Of a DNA stretch of 64,000 nt, positions 8,934-19,002 are shown piece by piece. The translations under genes were made by a program, and so were the position numbers. A model generated the notes under the pieces. It saw nothing but the letters and a program-made list of their open reading frames with translations, was not told the origin of the DNA and did no database searches. This DNA is from Alistipes sp. (GTDB taxonomy: Bacteria; Bacteroidota; Bacteroidia; Bacteroidales; Rikenellaceae): contig JAZQSN010000079.1 in the NCBI GenBank assembly GCA_045630065.1, positions 7,119 to 71,118 of the forward strand, written 5' to 3'. Every line of letters starts with the position of its first letter. Positions within the stretch are counted from its first letter, which is position 1.

Positions 8934-10748
8934 ATGCGCTACATCGAATTACTCTCACCTGCCAAAGATTACGACACAGCTCGCGCTGCGGTCGACCACG
9001 GTGCCGACGCCATCTATATGGGCGGAGCCCGCTTTGGCGCACGACACGCCGCCGCCAACTCTCTGGACGACGTGGCGCGTACGGTAGAGTATGCACATCA
9101 GTATGGTGTCAGGGTTCACACAACGCTCAACACCGTACTCTACGACAACGAGTTAGCCGATGCCGAGCAGATGGCACGCGAGCTAATAGATATCGGCGTC
9201 GACGCACTGATTGTGCAGGATATGGCTCTGCGACGTATGAACCTGCCCGTAGAGTTGCACGCCTCAACGCAGGTGGGCACAACTACACCCGAGGGTGCTC
9301 TCTTCCTTGAGCAGTGCGGCTTCTCGCGAGTGATACTCGAACGAGCCCTCTCCCTTGAGGAGATTCGTCGTATCAGAGAGGCCACAACGGTGGAGTTGGA
9401 GTGCTTTGTGCATGGCGCAATATGTGTAGGCCATAGTGGTCGTTGCTTCCTATCGCGTGCTACGTCACAGCGCAGTGGCAATAGAGGCGAGTGCTCGCAG
9501 CCTTGCCGCCTACCCTACGACCTGAAGGATGAGCGAGGACGCACACTGCTGGCGGGCAAGCATCTGCTCTCGGTGCGCGATATGGATCTCTCGGATGATT
9601 TGGCGGCTTTGATGGATGCCGGCATAACATCGTTCAAGATTGAGGGTCGACTAAAGGATAGCCGCTACATAAAGAATGTGGTAAATTACTATCGTCGTCG
9701 CATCGACGCCATTCTTCAGCACCGCCACGATATTTTGCGTCCCTCGGTTGGCGTAACCACCACCGAGTTTGAGCCAAATCCGCATAAGAGTTTTACTCGC
9801 GGAGCATCGCAATATATGCTGCACGGCAAACGTAGTGGTGTGGCATCGTTCGACACGCCAAAGGCCATAGGCGAGTATTTGGGCACAGTGGAGAGTACCT
9901 CTGGCAAAGGATTTTCTATAAAGGGCAAAGCCGACCTAACGGCTGGTGATGGCATCTGCATCATAACTGACGGCAGCATATATGGCACCAACATCAATGC
10001 AGTAGAGGGTGGCACTATACTCCCCAACCGTATGGAGGGCATAACGGCGGGTGCCAAGGTGTATCGCAACTACGACCACCGTTTCTCGCTCTTGCTCGAC
10101 CGCTCGCGCACACAGCGCAAGATTGATTGCAAGGCCGAGTTGGCACTATCTTCAAATGGCATATCACTCATGCTTTGCGATGAGGAGAATATATCAGTCA
10201 CCACAACCCGTACAACCATGTTGGAGGCCGCAAGCGACGCTAACAAGATGGCCGACACCGCTCGCCGACAGATAGCCAAGAGCGGTGGTACGATATTCTC
10301 GATAAGCGAGGTCGCAGTTTCGGGAGCCGAGTATTTTGCTCCGGCTTCGCTACTTGCCGACCTGCGTCGTGAGGCGTTGGAGGCTCTGCGAGTAAAGAGG
10401 ATACAACGACCTCTTTCTCATAAGATTATGGCCGACGATGGCTCGGCACGCTACCCCTACCGAGTGGTTACTCGCTACGAGAATGTAACAAACTCTCTGT
10501 CGCGCGAGTTCTACCTCTCTCACGGTGCAAAGCAAATCGAACCCGCATTGGAGCTACAACCCACCGCCGGAGAGAGAGTAATGATTTCATCATACTGCAT
10601 ACGTCGCGAGATAGGTCAATGCCTAAAGCAAAATCCCACGCTTAAGGGTAATCTATACATCGAGCACAGCACTGCACGCTATATGCTGGGCTTCGATTGC
10701 CAGCGTTGCCTGATGACACTCACCGATTGTTCAGAAAAGAAAAAATAA
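8934..10748 (+). CDS. Peptidase U32 family Fe-S RNA hydroxylation protein (RlhA-like, long form)
   Basis: 'ELLSPA', 'GADAIYMG', 'ELHASTQ', 'HGAICVGHSGRC', 'RGECSQPCR' and 'SFKIEGR'. Start set at ATG MRYIEL. Confidence 0.88.
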   Translation: MRYIELLSPAKDYDTARAAVDHGADAIYMGGARFGARHAAANSLDDVARTVEYAHQYGVRVHTTLNTVLYDNELADAEQMARELIDIGVDALIVQDMALRRMNLPVELHASTQVGTTTPEGALFLEQCGFSRVILERALSLEEIRRIREATTVELECFVHGAICVGHSGRCFLSRATSQRSGNRGECSQPCRLPYDLKDERGRTLLAGKHLLSVRDMDLSDDLAALMDAGITSFKIEGRLKDSRYIKNVVNYYRRRIDAILQHRHDILRPSVGVTTTEFEPNPHKSFTRGASQYMLHGKRSGVASFDTPKAIGEYLGTVESTSGKGFSIKGKADLTAGDGICIITDGSIYGTNINAVEGGTILPNRMEGITAGAKVYRNYDHRFSLLLDRSRTQRKIDCKAELALSSNGISLMLCDEENISVTTTRTTMLEAASDANKMADTARRQIAKSGGTIFSISEVAVSGAEYFAPASLLADLRREALEALRVKRIQRPLSHKIMADDGSARYPYRVVTRYENVTNSLSREFYLSHGAKQIEPALELQPTAGERVMISSYCIRREIGQCLKQNPTLKGNLYIEHSTARYMLGFDCQRCLMTLTDCSEKKK

Positions 10749-10760
10749 CACATAACCAAT

Positions 10761-11657
10761 ATGTCACAACTGCTTACACCCGCCATTCCCGACTACGAGC
10801 TCATCGACTCGGGTGACTTCGAAAAATTGGAGCGCTTCGGCCGCTACGTCACACGTCGCCCCGAGCCGCAGGCCATTTGGCATCGTTCGCTGAGCGAAGA
10901 GGAGTGGCGCCGCATAGCCGACGCTTCGTTCCTGAAGACCTCGGCCTCCAAGAACGACGAGCGTGGCGAGTGGCAATGCAAGGCACAGATGCCTGACCGC
11001 TGGAACGTTGAGTACAACTACAAGCAGATGCATCTGAAGATGCGCTTGGCTCTCACCTCATTCAAGCACGTGGGTATATTCCCCGAGCAGGCTGCGAACT
11101 GGAATTTCATATACAACCGCATCGAGGCACAACGTAACAAGGGTATAACCCCTAAAGTGCTCAATTTATTTGCCTACACAGGTGGCGCTTCGCTTGCCGC
11201 ACGCGCAGCAGGCGCTGAGGTAACACACGTCGATTCGGTAAAGCAGGTGGTAACTTGGTCGCGCGAGAATATGGAGCAGAGCCACTTGGACGGTATCCGC
11301 TGGATAGTGGAGGATGCTCTTAAGTTTGTGCGTCGTGAGGTGCGCCGTGGCAACAAGTACGACGGCATCATACTCGACCCGCCCGCCTATGGCCGTGGCG
11401 CAAATGGCGAGAAGTGGGTATTGGAGGAGAACATTGGCGAGATGTTGGAGTGCTGTGCCGCACTACTCAACGAGGAGCACGGTTTTCTGGTATTGAACCT
11501 ATACTCAATGGGCTTGTCGGCTCTGCTGGCCCGTACTGCCTTGCGACAGGCATTCGGCACGACAGGCAATGAGGAGTTTGGTGAGTTGTATTTCAGCGAC
11601 CGAGAGGGCAAGGAGCTACCGCTCGGCACATTCTGTCGTTTCTACCGAGGAGAATAA
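10761..11657 (+). CDS. Class I SAM-dependent methyltransferase (RlmI/RlmK-related)
   Basis: 'KHVGIFPEQA', 'VLNLFAYTGGAS' and 'IILDPPAYGRG'. Confidence 0.85.
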   Translation: MSQLLTPAIPDYELIDSGDFEKLERFGRYVTRRPEPQAIWHRSLSEEEWRRIADASFLKTSASKNDERGEWQCKAQMPDRWNVEYNYKQMHLKMRLALTSFKHVGIFPEQAANWNFIYNRIEAQRNKGITPKVLNLFAYTGGASLAARAAGAEVTHVDSVKQVVTWSRENMEQSHLDGIRWIVEDALKFVRREVRRGNKYDGIILDPPAYGRGANGEKWVLEENIGEMLECCAALLNEEHGFLVLNLYSMGLSALLARTALRQAFGTTGNEEFGELYFSDREGKELPLGTFCRFYRGE

Positions 11658-12199
11658 TGGGTAAATATAGAGAGTTATTCGCATCATTTTTCAAGATAGG
11701 CATATTCACCTTTGGCGGTGGATATGCTATGGTATCTATTATCCAACGCGAAGTGATTGACTCTCGAGGCTGGATCAAGGAACAGGAATTTCTCGATCTA
11801 CTCACTCTGGCACAGTCGGCCCCCGGTCCCATTTCGCTCAACACAGCGGTATTCGTTGGATATAAGATGTATGGCTATCGCGGAGCTGTTACGGCTTTGG
11901 CAGGTGTGGTACTACCCTCGTTTATTATTATGTTGCTCATTGCATCATTCTTCTCGCAGGTACGCCACAACGAAGTAATCGATGCCGCCTTCAAGGGCAT
12001 ACGTCCCGTGGTGGTGGCACTGATGTTTGCCCCCATTATCGGATTTGTAAAGGGTATGCGTAGTTATGCCATTGCCATTGCTATAGCCATATCGTTGATT
12101 ATATGGTATGTGGGAATATCTCCCGTCTATATTTTATTTGCTGGTGGTATCATAGGAGTGCTTCTTGCGGCACTTCGAGGAAAGGAGGTTGAGCGATGA
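11657..12199 (+). CDS. Short-chain chromate transporter (CHR family), subunit 1
   Basis: 'FFKIGIFTFGGGYAM' and 'AQSAPGPISLN'. Confidence 0.9.
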   Translation: MGKYRELFASFFKIGIFTFGGGYAMVSIIQREVIDSRGWIKEQEFLDLLTLAQSAPGPISLNTAVFVGYKMYGYRGAVTALAGVVLPSFIIMLLIASFFSQVRHNEVIDAAFKGIRPVVVALMFAPIIGFVKGMRSYAIAIAIAISLIIWYVGISPVYILFAGGIIGVLLAALRGKEVER

Positions 12200-12747
12200 T
12201 ATACCTACAACTCTTTATCAGCTATCTGAAGATTGGCTTTTTCGGATTCGGTGGCGGATACGCTATGCTATCGCTCATACAGAACGAGGTGGTGGTGCAA
12301 AATGCGTGGATGACAAATGCAGAGTTTACCGACATTGTCGCCATATCGCAGATGACCCCCGGCCCCATTGCCATCAACTCAGCAACGTATGTAGGCTACA
12401 CCGTAGCAGGATTTTGGGGATCGGTAGTGGCAACCGTATCGGTGTGTCTGCCGGCACTGACGTTGATGATACTAATCACACGTTTCTTCCTACTTCTGCG
12501 CGACAACCGATATGTCAAGGGGCTCATTGCAGGAATGCGTCCCGTAGTGATTGGTATGATTGGTGCAGCGGCACTGCTGTTGATGTTCCCCTCATCGAAG
12601 GAGGGTGCAAGTTTTATCGACGGTTGGAGCTGGGTGCTCTTCATTGGTGCGATGGTCGCATCGTACAAGAAGGTAAATCCCATTCTGCTAATTGTGCTCT
12701 CGGCCATTCTCGGCATAGCCATTTATTGGGTGCCGACAATCATCTAA
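12196..12747 (+). CDS. Short-chain chromate transporter (CHR family), subunit 2
   Basis: 'KIGFFGFGGGYAM' and 'SQMTPGPIAINSATYVG'; ATGA overlap with subunit 1. Confidence 0.9.
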   Translation: MIYLQLFISYLKIGFFGFGGGYAMLSLIQNEVVVQNAWMTNAEFTDIVAISQMTPGPIAINSATYVGYTVAGFWGSVVATVSVCLPALTLMILITRFFLLLRDNRYVKGLIAGMRPVVIGMIGAAALLLMFPSSKEGASFIDGWSWVLFIGAMVASYKKVNPILLIVLSAILGIAIYWVPTII

Positions 12748-12753
12748 ACACCA

Positions 12754-13917
12754 CTACTCGGCATAGAGCAGATAGGGGCGGCGCTGCTCCTTGAAACGCT
12801 TTACATCATCCTGCCAGCGGGCACGAATCTCTGCGGCCGAATTGCCTGACATAATCATCTCCTTGATATAATCTACGCCCGTTAGGAGCAAGAATGCGCG
12901 GGTAAAGAACTTTTCACCCATATCAAGGTTAAGGTAAGCATCAATCACATATTCGAGATTAAATCCTGCGGCAATCACAGCCTCATCATCCACCCCACGC
13001 AAATCTACGCCATAACATAGCTTATCCTTGAGCGGAGGATTCTTTGCGCCCGCCACACTGCGTGGTGTGAACTCAAACGAGCCGCCCTTGTAGTTGGGAT
13101 GACCATACATCTCAAATGGAGCCTCCGTGCCGCGCCCTAGCGAGCAGACCGTACCCTCGAACAAGCAAGTCGACGGATAGAGATAAATAGAGTGCTGCGT
13201 AGGCAGATTGGGCGACGGAGCGATAGGCAACTCGTAACGGCTCTGGTGAGTGTAATTCTCACACCTGACCACCTGCACATCACACTTTTTCGACCAGCCC
13301 TCACCCTGCGCCATCACGGCAATCTCACCCATCGTGAGGCCGTGCACAACGGGGATGGGCAGTGCTCCCACGCCCGACTTATATTTCATATCGAGAATCG
13401 GGCCATCGACATACATTCCGTTTGGATTGGGACGGTCCAAGACAACTACATTGCTGCCAAAATCGGCACAAGCGTCAATCAGGTGAAGCATACTGATATA
13501 ATAGGTATAGAAACGCAAACCCACATCCTGCATATCGACCAAAAGCACATCGAAGGATTGCATCTTCTCATCCGATGGGCGCTTGGTATCTCCATCATAG
13601 AGTGACCAGATGGGTACTCCCGTTTTGGCATCCACCGAACTTGCCACGTGCTCGCCAGCATCGGCCGTACCACGAAAACCGTGCTCGGGCGAAAAGATAC
13701 CAACCAAATTGACACCCTTGCCGATGAGCATATCCACAAGGTGCTGCTCACCCGTCATAGCTGTATGGTTAGCCAACACAGCCACACGCTTACCCACGAG
13801 CGAGGACAGATATTCTGACGTGCGCTCGGCGCCAACAGTAATAGTTGCAGGAGTGGGCTCTGCTCCACTGCACGAAAGGCAGAGCAGAGAGAATATTGTT
13901 AAAAGAAGGTGCTTCAT
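12754..13917 (-). CDS. Exo-beta-N-acetylmuramidase NamZ family (DUF1343), probable lipoprotein
   Basis: 'FSPEHGFRG', 'DMQDVGLRFYTY', 'LDRPNP', 'HGLTMGE' and 'PSPNLP'; lipobox-like LSC. Confidence 0.88.
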   Translation of the reverse strand: MKHLLLTIFSLLCLSCSGAEPTPATITVGAERTSEYLSSLVGKRVAVLANHTAMTGEQHLVDMLIGKGVNLVGIFSPEHGFRGTADAGEHVASSVDAKTGVPIWSLYDGDTKRPSDEKMQSFDVLLVDMQDVGLRFYTYYISMLHLIDACADFGSNVVVLDRPNPNGMYVDGPILDMKYKSGVGALPIPVVHGLTMGEIAVMAQGEGWSKKCDVQVVRCENYTHQSRYELPIAPSPNLPTQHSIYLYPSTCLFEGTVCSLGRGTEAPFEMYGHPNYKGGSFEFTPRSVAGAKNPPLKDKLCYGVDLRGVDDEAVIAAGFNLEYVIDAYLNLDMGEKFFTRAFLLLTGVDYIKEMIMSGNSAAEIRARWQDDVKRFKEQRRPYLLYAE

Positions 13918-13947
13918 TTGTGTTACTTTATTTCGCTTGAGATATTG

Positions 13948-15067
13948 CTATACGCTTTCTGCGCCGCCTGTCTGCATAAGATATTCCTTAATAAAGCCGT
14001 CCAGATCTCCATCCATAACAGCCTCGACATTTGAGGTCTGAAATCCTGTGCGATGATCCTTCACACGGCGGTCGTCGAATACATAGGAGCGAATCTGCGA
14101 GCCCCACTCAATGCGTTTCTTGGTAGCCTCGAGAGCCTGCTGTGTGGCCATACGCTTCTCCATCTCGCGCTGGTAGAGCTTTGAGCGAAGGATGCGCAGG
14201 GCGTTGTTGCGGTTGTCAAGCTGCGAGCGGGTCTCCATATTCTCGATTAGGAACTCAATAGGCTCGCCCGTGTCGGCATCCTTGCCGTGATAGCGCAGAC
14301 GAACAGCTGTCTCGACCTTATTTACATTCTGACCTCCCGCACCACTCGCGCGGAATGTATCCCACTCACAATCAGAAGGATTTATGACTATTTCGATAGA
14401 GTCATCAACGGCAGGAGATACGAAAACAGATGCAAATGTTGTTTGTCGTTTATTGTTGGCATTAAATGGGGAAAGACGCACCATACGATGCACGCCATTC
14501 TCGCTCTTCAGGTAGCCGTAGGCATAGTCGCATTCGATTTCGATCGTGCAAGACTTGACGCCCACCTCATCACCCGCCTGATAGTCGAGCATACGATATT
14601 TGTAGCCGTGAGCGTCGCACCAACGGGTGTACATACGCAGTAGCATCGATGCCCAATCCAACGCCTCCGTACCGCCCGCACCAGCGTTGATATCCATAAT
14701 CGCGCCCATCTTATCCTCCTCTGCGCGCAACATATTGCGAAGTTCGAGCGCCTCGATGAGTTCCATCGTGTGGGCGTAGTGCTCCTCCATCTCCGCCTCA
14801 GTGGCGAGTTCGGCTACGACAAATTCGGGCATAAGCTGCAGATCCTCAACAGCCTTTGCCACAGCGTCATAATCCACCACCCACGACTTTATTGACGCCA
14901 CCTTGCGCAACTGCTTCTGCGCCTGAGCCGCATCGCTCCAAAAGTCGGGGTCCTGAGTCTTTTCCTCTTCGTTTTGCAGGTCTATACGTCGCTGAGCGAT
15001 GTCAAAGACACCTCCCCAACGAATCCTGTCGTCTTATAGCCTCTTTAAGTTGTTCTTCCGATACCAT
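13948..15067 (-). CDS. prfB: Peptide chain release factor 2, with programmed +1 frameshift
   Basis: ORF1 MVSEEQLKEAIRRQDSLGRCL ends at CTT-TGA-C (15007-15001). The +1 frame continues DIAQRRIDLQNEEEKTQDPDFW and contains SPF and GGQ. Confidence 0.96.
15001..15016 (-). promoter_or_regulatory. prfB +1 frameshift site with internal SD-like sequence
   Basis: Minus strand reads GGGAGG-TGT-CTT-TGA-C. Confidence 0.92.
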
Positions 15068-15082
15068 TCTCTTTATTTGTTA

Positions 15083-15248
15083 TGTTATCTATCTTCCGAA
15101 AGCATACCTTGCGGCCTCTGGCCGCATTTGCAAATCTGACCCACCTCCTAAATCCCCCGCCTCAGGCAGGGGACTTTGGTCGCTTTGCGAGCAAAGCTCC
15201 AAGAGTCTATCCAGCAAGCGAAACTAATTCTTTTGTTATTTATCTTCC
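15083..15248. repeat. Palindrome-rich REP-like element bounded by a 15-bp imperfect direct repeat
   Basis: tgttatctatcttcc (15083-15097) and tgttatttatcttcc (15234-15248) flank hairpins gcggcc/ggccgc, tcccc.gcct/aggc.gggga and gctttgc/gcaaagc. Confidence 0.5.
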
Positions 15249-15421
15249 TTATCCTTTTTGTTCTTCTCTTTCTTGGCGTTGGCAGAATAGGCGGCACCAA
15301 GAGCAACACCGATACAAATTCCAATCGGAATGTTATCCATGGCAACACCAAAACCCATACCTATCACTAAACCGATAGCAATACATTGACCCGGATGAAG
15401 AGGTTTCTTCTCTTTTGCCAT
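15236..15421 (-). CDS. Small glycine-rich two-helix membrane protein (61 aa)
   Basis: ATG start, GxxxG-rich hydrophobic hairpin and Lys-rich tail; same strand as neighbours. Confidence 0.7.
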   Translation of the reverse strand: MAKEKKPLHPGQCIAIGLVIGMGFGVAMDNIPIGICIGVALGAAYSANAKKEKNKKDKEDK

Positions 15422-15455
15422 AATCTCTATCTGTTAATTTTTACGCACTCCGTAT

Positions 15456-16328
15456 TTATCTGCACCGTCCGCAGTCGCTGCATCCATTACAAATCAAGCG
15501 ACTACCACACATTGCACACGATGAACGATAATGGGGTTTATACAAACGCTCGGGCGGAATAATCTGCCCCTGACGGTTACGCAACACAAACTCCATCTTG
15601 CGACCCGTGTGATTCACACCCGCCTTGAATGCCATCTGGCTCTGTGTGAATTTACTCGGGATGTTGAATCTGCGACCATCCTTGATAAAGACCGTGCCCG
15701 TCTCAATAAAGCAGAAGGTTACATCATAAGCCTTGCACTGATTGGAGAGTCTTTTCACCCATTCGAAATCGCAGGGTCGTGCACCATCATAGTTCTCGCC
15801 ACCTGCAATAACTTGTTCGATCTGTCCCGTAGCGAGATACTCCTCGATATCTATCGGCCCGATAAAGGGGGCTGTCATAATACCTTTATGCTTGAAAGGC
15901 AACTCCAAAAGTAGAGGTATTCGCTCGTCGGCACGACGCTGGTTCTCGCACGTTACGTTGAAGAAGACATTATCCCAGCCATCGCCCCAATCTTTGGGCA
16001 AGCACTCCCGCACACGTTCGGGACGCTTCGTAAGAAGAAAAAACTTCACATCGCTACGTGCTTTGATTATCTGCCACGCCTCATCGCGCCACACATCGGC
16101 CTCATCCAGGAAGAAGTCGGACGACATGCATACACGAATCAACTCGCCACTCTTAATTTTCAGACGGCCATCGCGATCACGCTTGAGCGGATAGGTAAAA
16201 CCACTCTGCGTACGAAACACCTTGCGGCCATCCATTCCTCGCTTGCTGTCGAGGAAATACATATAGCAGTGCTGGCAACCCTCACTAATCTTCTTGCATC
16301 CGTGCCACGGATTCCAAATATCGTGCAT
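15456..16328 (-). CDS. DUF5131 (phage Gp37/Gp68-like) radical-SAM-like protein
   Basis: 'WNPWHGCKKISEGCQHCY' (CX6CX2C), 'LLTKRPER' and 'VIAGGE'; extra C-terminal Cys cluster CAMC-X5-CNGCSDCGRC. Confidence 0.85.
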   Translation of the reverse strand: MHDIWNPWHGCKKISEGCQHCYMYFLDSKRGMDGRKVFRTQSGFTYPLKRDRDGRLKIKSGELIRVCMSSDFFLDEADVWRDEAWQIIKARSDVKFFLLTKRPERVRECLPKDWGDGWDNVFFNVTCENQRRADERIPLLLELPFKHKGIMTAPFIGPIDIEEYLATGQIEQVIAGGENYDGARPCDFEWVKRLSNQCKAYDVTFCFIETGTVFIKDGRRFNIPSKFTQSQMAFKAGVNHTGRKMEFVLRNRQGQIIPPERLYKPHYRSSCAMCGSRLICNGCSDCGRCR

Positions 16329-16335
16329 CCTCGAT

Positions 16336-17817
16336 TTACTCTATCTCCCAATCAACGCCATCCTTACGGTCCTTAACGCGGATACCAATGGCAGTGAGCT
16401 CGTTGCGAATCTTATCAGATGTTGCCCAATCCTTGTTTGCCTTGGCATCCTGACGAACAGCCAGGATCATATCGACAACCTTCTTCAACATATCGCCACC
16501 ACCAGCGGCACCCTCCTGCTTCTCGTTGCGTAGACCGAGAATGTCGAATGTGTAGAGGTTGAATATGCGCTTGAGCTCGGCAAGGTCAGCCTCCGAGATA
16601 GTCTGCTGCCCCTCGGCAATCTGGTTGATAATGCGAACGTAGTCGAACAAAGCCGAGATAACCATCGGCGAGTTCAGATCGTCATCCATAGACTCCTGAC
16701 AACGCTTCGCCAAATCAGCCACCACAATACCCTCAGATGTTGCAACGGCGGGTTTCAACTTACCCAAAGTCTCAATACCCTTCATCAATCGGTCGAGGCC
16801 CTTCTCGGCAGCCTGCAACGCAGCATTAGAGAAGTCGAGCGTTGAACGGTAGTGAGCCTGAAGGATAAAGAAGCGGATAGTCATAGGCGAATATGCCTGC
16901 TCCAACTTTGCGTGAGTACCGGCAAAGAGTTCCTCCATAGTAATGAAGTTGCCGTACGACTTACCCATCTTCTGACCGTCAATGGTAATCATATTGTTAT
17001 GCACCCAGTAGCGGGCAGAGTCCTTACCCAATGCTGCCGTACCCTGTCCAATCTCGCACTCGTGGTGGGGGAACATCAGGTCCATACCTCCACCATGGAT
17101 ATCGAACTGCTCACCCAAATACTTGCACGACATAGCCGAGCCCTCCATGTGCCAGCCGGGGAAGCCATCAGACCAAGGCGAGGGCCAGCGCATAATATGC
17201 TCGGGCGAAGCCTTCTTCCAGAGGGCGAAGTCGTAAGAGTGACGCTTGTCGCCCTGACCGTCAAGGTCACGAGTATTGGCAACGATGTCATCAAGATTAC
17301 GACCCGATAGTTTGCCGTAGTGGTAATCCTTATTGTATTTCTCTACGTCGAAATATACCGAACCATTTGACTCATAGGCGTAGCCTGCATCGAAGATGCG
17401 CTTAACGAAGTCAATCTGCTCGATGATATGGCCCGATGCGTGGGGCTCAATCGAGGGTGTGAGCACGTTCAACTGCTCCATAGCCTTGTGGTAGCGCTCG
17501 GTGTAGTAGTGCGCTACCTCCATAGGTTCCAGCTGCTCCAGACGAGCCTTCTTTGCAATCTTATCCTCGCCCTCGTCGGCATCGTGCTCGAGGTGACCAA
17601 CGTCAGTAATGTTGCGAACATAGCGCACCTTATAGCCCGAAGCCTTCAGGTAGCGGAACAACAAGTCGAATGTAATTGACGGGCGGGCATGTCCCAAATG
17701 GGGATCACCATAAACGGTAGGACCACATACGTACATGCCTACACGGCCCTCATTGATGGGCTCAAACGCCTCCTTGCGACGTGAGAGCGTATTGTATAAA
17801 TTGAGTTTTGATTCCAT
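16336..17817 (-). CDS. cysS: Cysteinyl-tRNA synthetase
   Basis: 'MYVCGPTVY', HLGH, 'DFALWK', '[17 protein letters not shown]' and KMGKS. Start placed at MESKLNLYN. Note WHMEGSAM instead of WHxECSAM. Confidence 0.96.
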   Translation of the reverse strand: MESKLNLYNTLSRRKEAFEPINEGRVGMYVCGPTVYGDPHLGHARPSITFDLLFRYLKASGYKVRYVRNITDVGHLEHDADEGEDKIAKKARLEQLEPMEVAHYYTERYHKAMEQLNVLTPSIEPHASGHIIEQIDFVKRIFDAGYAYESNGSVYFDVEKYNKDYHYGKLSGRNLDDIVANTRDLDGQGDKRHSYDFALWKKASPEHIMRWPSPWSDGFPGWHMEGSAMSCKYLGEQFDIHGGGMDLMFPHHECEIGQGTAALGKDSARYWVHNNMITIDGQKMGKSYGNFITMEELFAGTHAKLEQAYSPMTIRFFILQAHYRSTLDFSNAALQAAEKGLDRLMKGIETLGKLKPAVATSEGIVVADLAKRCQESMDDDLNSPMVISALFDYVRIINQIAEGQQTISEADLAELKRIFNLYTFDILGLRNEKQEGAAGGGDMLKKVVDMILAVRQDAKANKDWATSDKIRNELTAIGIRVKDRKDGVDWEIE

Positions 17818-17834
17818 AATCACAATATTTTCTA

Positions 17835-17842
17835 CAAAAATA
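17835..17842 (-). promoter_or_regulatory. -7 promoter element for the cysS operon
   Basis: TATTTTTG on the minus strand. Confidence 0.5.
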
Positions 17843-17946
17843 GCGATTTTTTCGCTCATATGCACCTCCTGCCACATAAAAATACCCTATTACATTCAAA
17901 TTATACCTTATGCGGAAATATCTTTAGATATTTGAAGTTAATTTTG

Positions 17947-17954
17947 TAACTTTG
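17947..17954 (+). promoter_or_regulatory. -7 promoter element for the metallophosphoesterase operon
   Basis: TAACTTTG about 30 nt upstream of the ATG. Confidence 0.6.
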
Positions 17955-17983
17955 TCGGCAAAATTATTTTACCGACACCGAAT

Positions 17984-18973
17984 ATGAAGTTTTTTAAGAG
18001 AATATGCATAGCCGCCGCATTGCTGATGGCAACACAGTTTTCGCAGGCGCAGGAGTTGCGATTTAACGCCAACCACAAGTTCAAGATTGTTCAGTTCACC
18101 GACGTACACTGGATATATGACGACCCTAAATCGGAGGAGGCAGCCGAGCGTATGCGCGAGGTGCTTGACGCCGAGCGTCCCGATCTGGTGGTATATACGG
18201 GCGATATAATCTTCGCCAAGCCTGCAGCGCCAGCATTGCAGAGGGCTTTGGAGCCCGCCATTGAGCGTGGTATTCCTTTTGCTGTAACGTGGGGCAACCA
18301 CGACGACGAGCAGGATATGACGCGTGCCGAGCTTTCGGCTTTCATCAAGGATATGAAGGGCAACCTCACCTCACACACCGAGGATATCTCAGGCGAAACC
18401 AACTACACGCTCAACATTAAGTCGGCCGACGGCAAACGCGACGCTGCAGCTATCTATATATTCGATAGCAACTCATATTCTCAGATGGAGAATGTAAAGG
18501 GTTACGACTGGATTAAGCACGATCAGGTGGCGTGGTATCTCGAGCGCAGCAAGGCTTTTACCACCGCCAACGGAGGTCAGCCCCTGCCCGCATTGGCATT
18601 CTTCCACATCCCGCTGCCCGAGATGCGCGATATGACCCAGAATCAGAATATCTATATGGTCGGCACACGCAAAGAGATGGTTTGTGCTCCCGAGATTAAT
18701 ACGGGTCTGGCTACAGCTATGCTCACCGCAGGCGACGTGATGGGTCTGTTCGTAGGACACGACCACGTGAATGACTATGTGGTGGATTGGTATGGAATTC
18801 TTATGGGTTATGGCCGCTTTACGGGAGGTAAGACCGTATATCACGACATACCGCAGGGCAATGGTGCGCGCGTAATCGAGCTCACCGAGAACTCACGCGA
18901 CATCCACACTTGGATCCGCATCAAGGGTGGCAAGATTATCAACGAGGTAAACTTCCCCTCGGATGCAAAATAG
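17984..18973 (+). CDS. Secreted calcineurin-like metallophosphoesterase (Dcr2-like)
   Basis: Signal peptide; 'QFTDVH', 'YTGD', 'GNHD', 'FFHIP' and 'GHDHVND'. Confidence 0.88.
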   Translation: MKFFKRICIAAALLMATQFSQAQELRFNANHKFKIVQFTDVHWIYDDPKSEEAAERMREVLDAERPDLVVYTGDIIFAKPAAPALQRALEPAIERGIPFAVTWGNHDDEQDMTRAELSAFIKDMKGNLTSHTEDISGETNYTLNIKSADGKRDAAAIYIFDSNSYSQMENVKGYDWIKHDQVAWYLERSKAFTTANGGQPLPALAFFHIPLPEMRDMTQNQNIYMVGTRKEMVCAPEINTGLATAMLTAGDVMGLFVGHDHVNDYVVDWYGILMGYGRFTGGKTVYHDIPQGNGARVIELTENSRDIHTWIRIKGGKIINEVNFPSDAK

Positions 18974-19002
18974 AGATAAAAACAAAGAAAATATAGAGAT
19001 TT

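Noticed and set aside
13948-15067. prfB as a frameshifted pseudogene
   Set aside because: The break is the canonical programmed CTT-TGA-C site.
15456-16328. Gp37/Gp68-like gene as a prophage remnant
   Set aside because: There are no other phage genes, integrase or att sites nearby.
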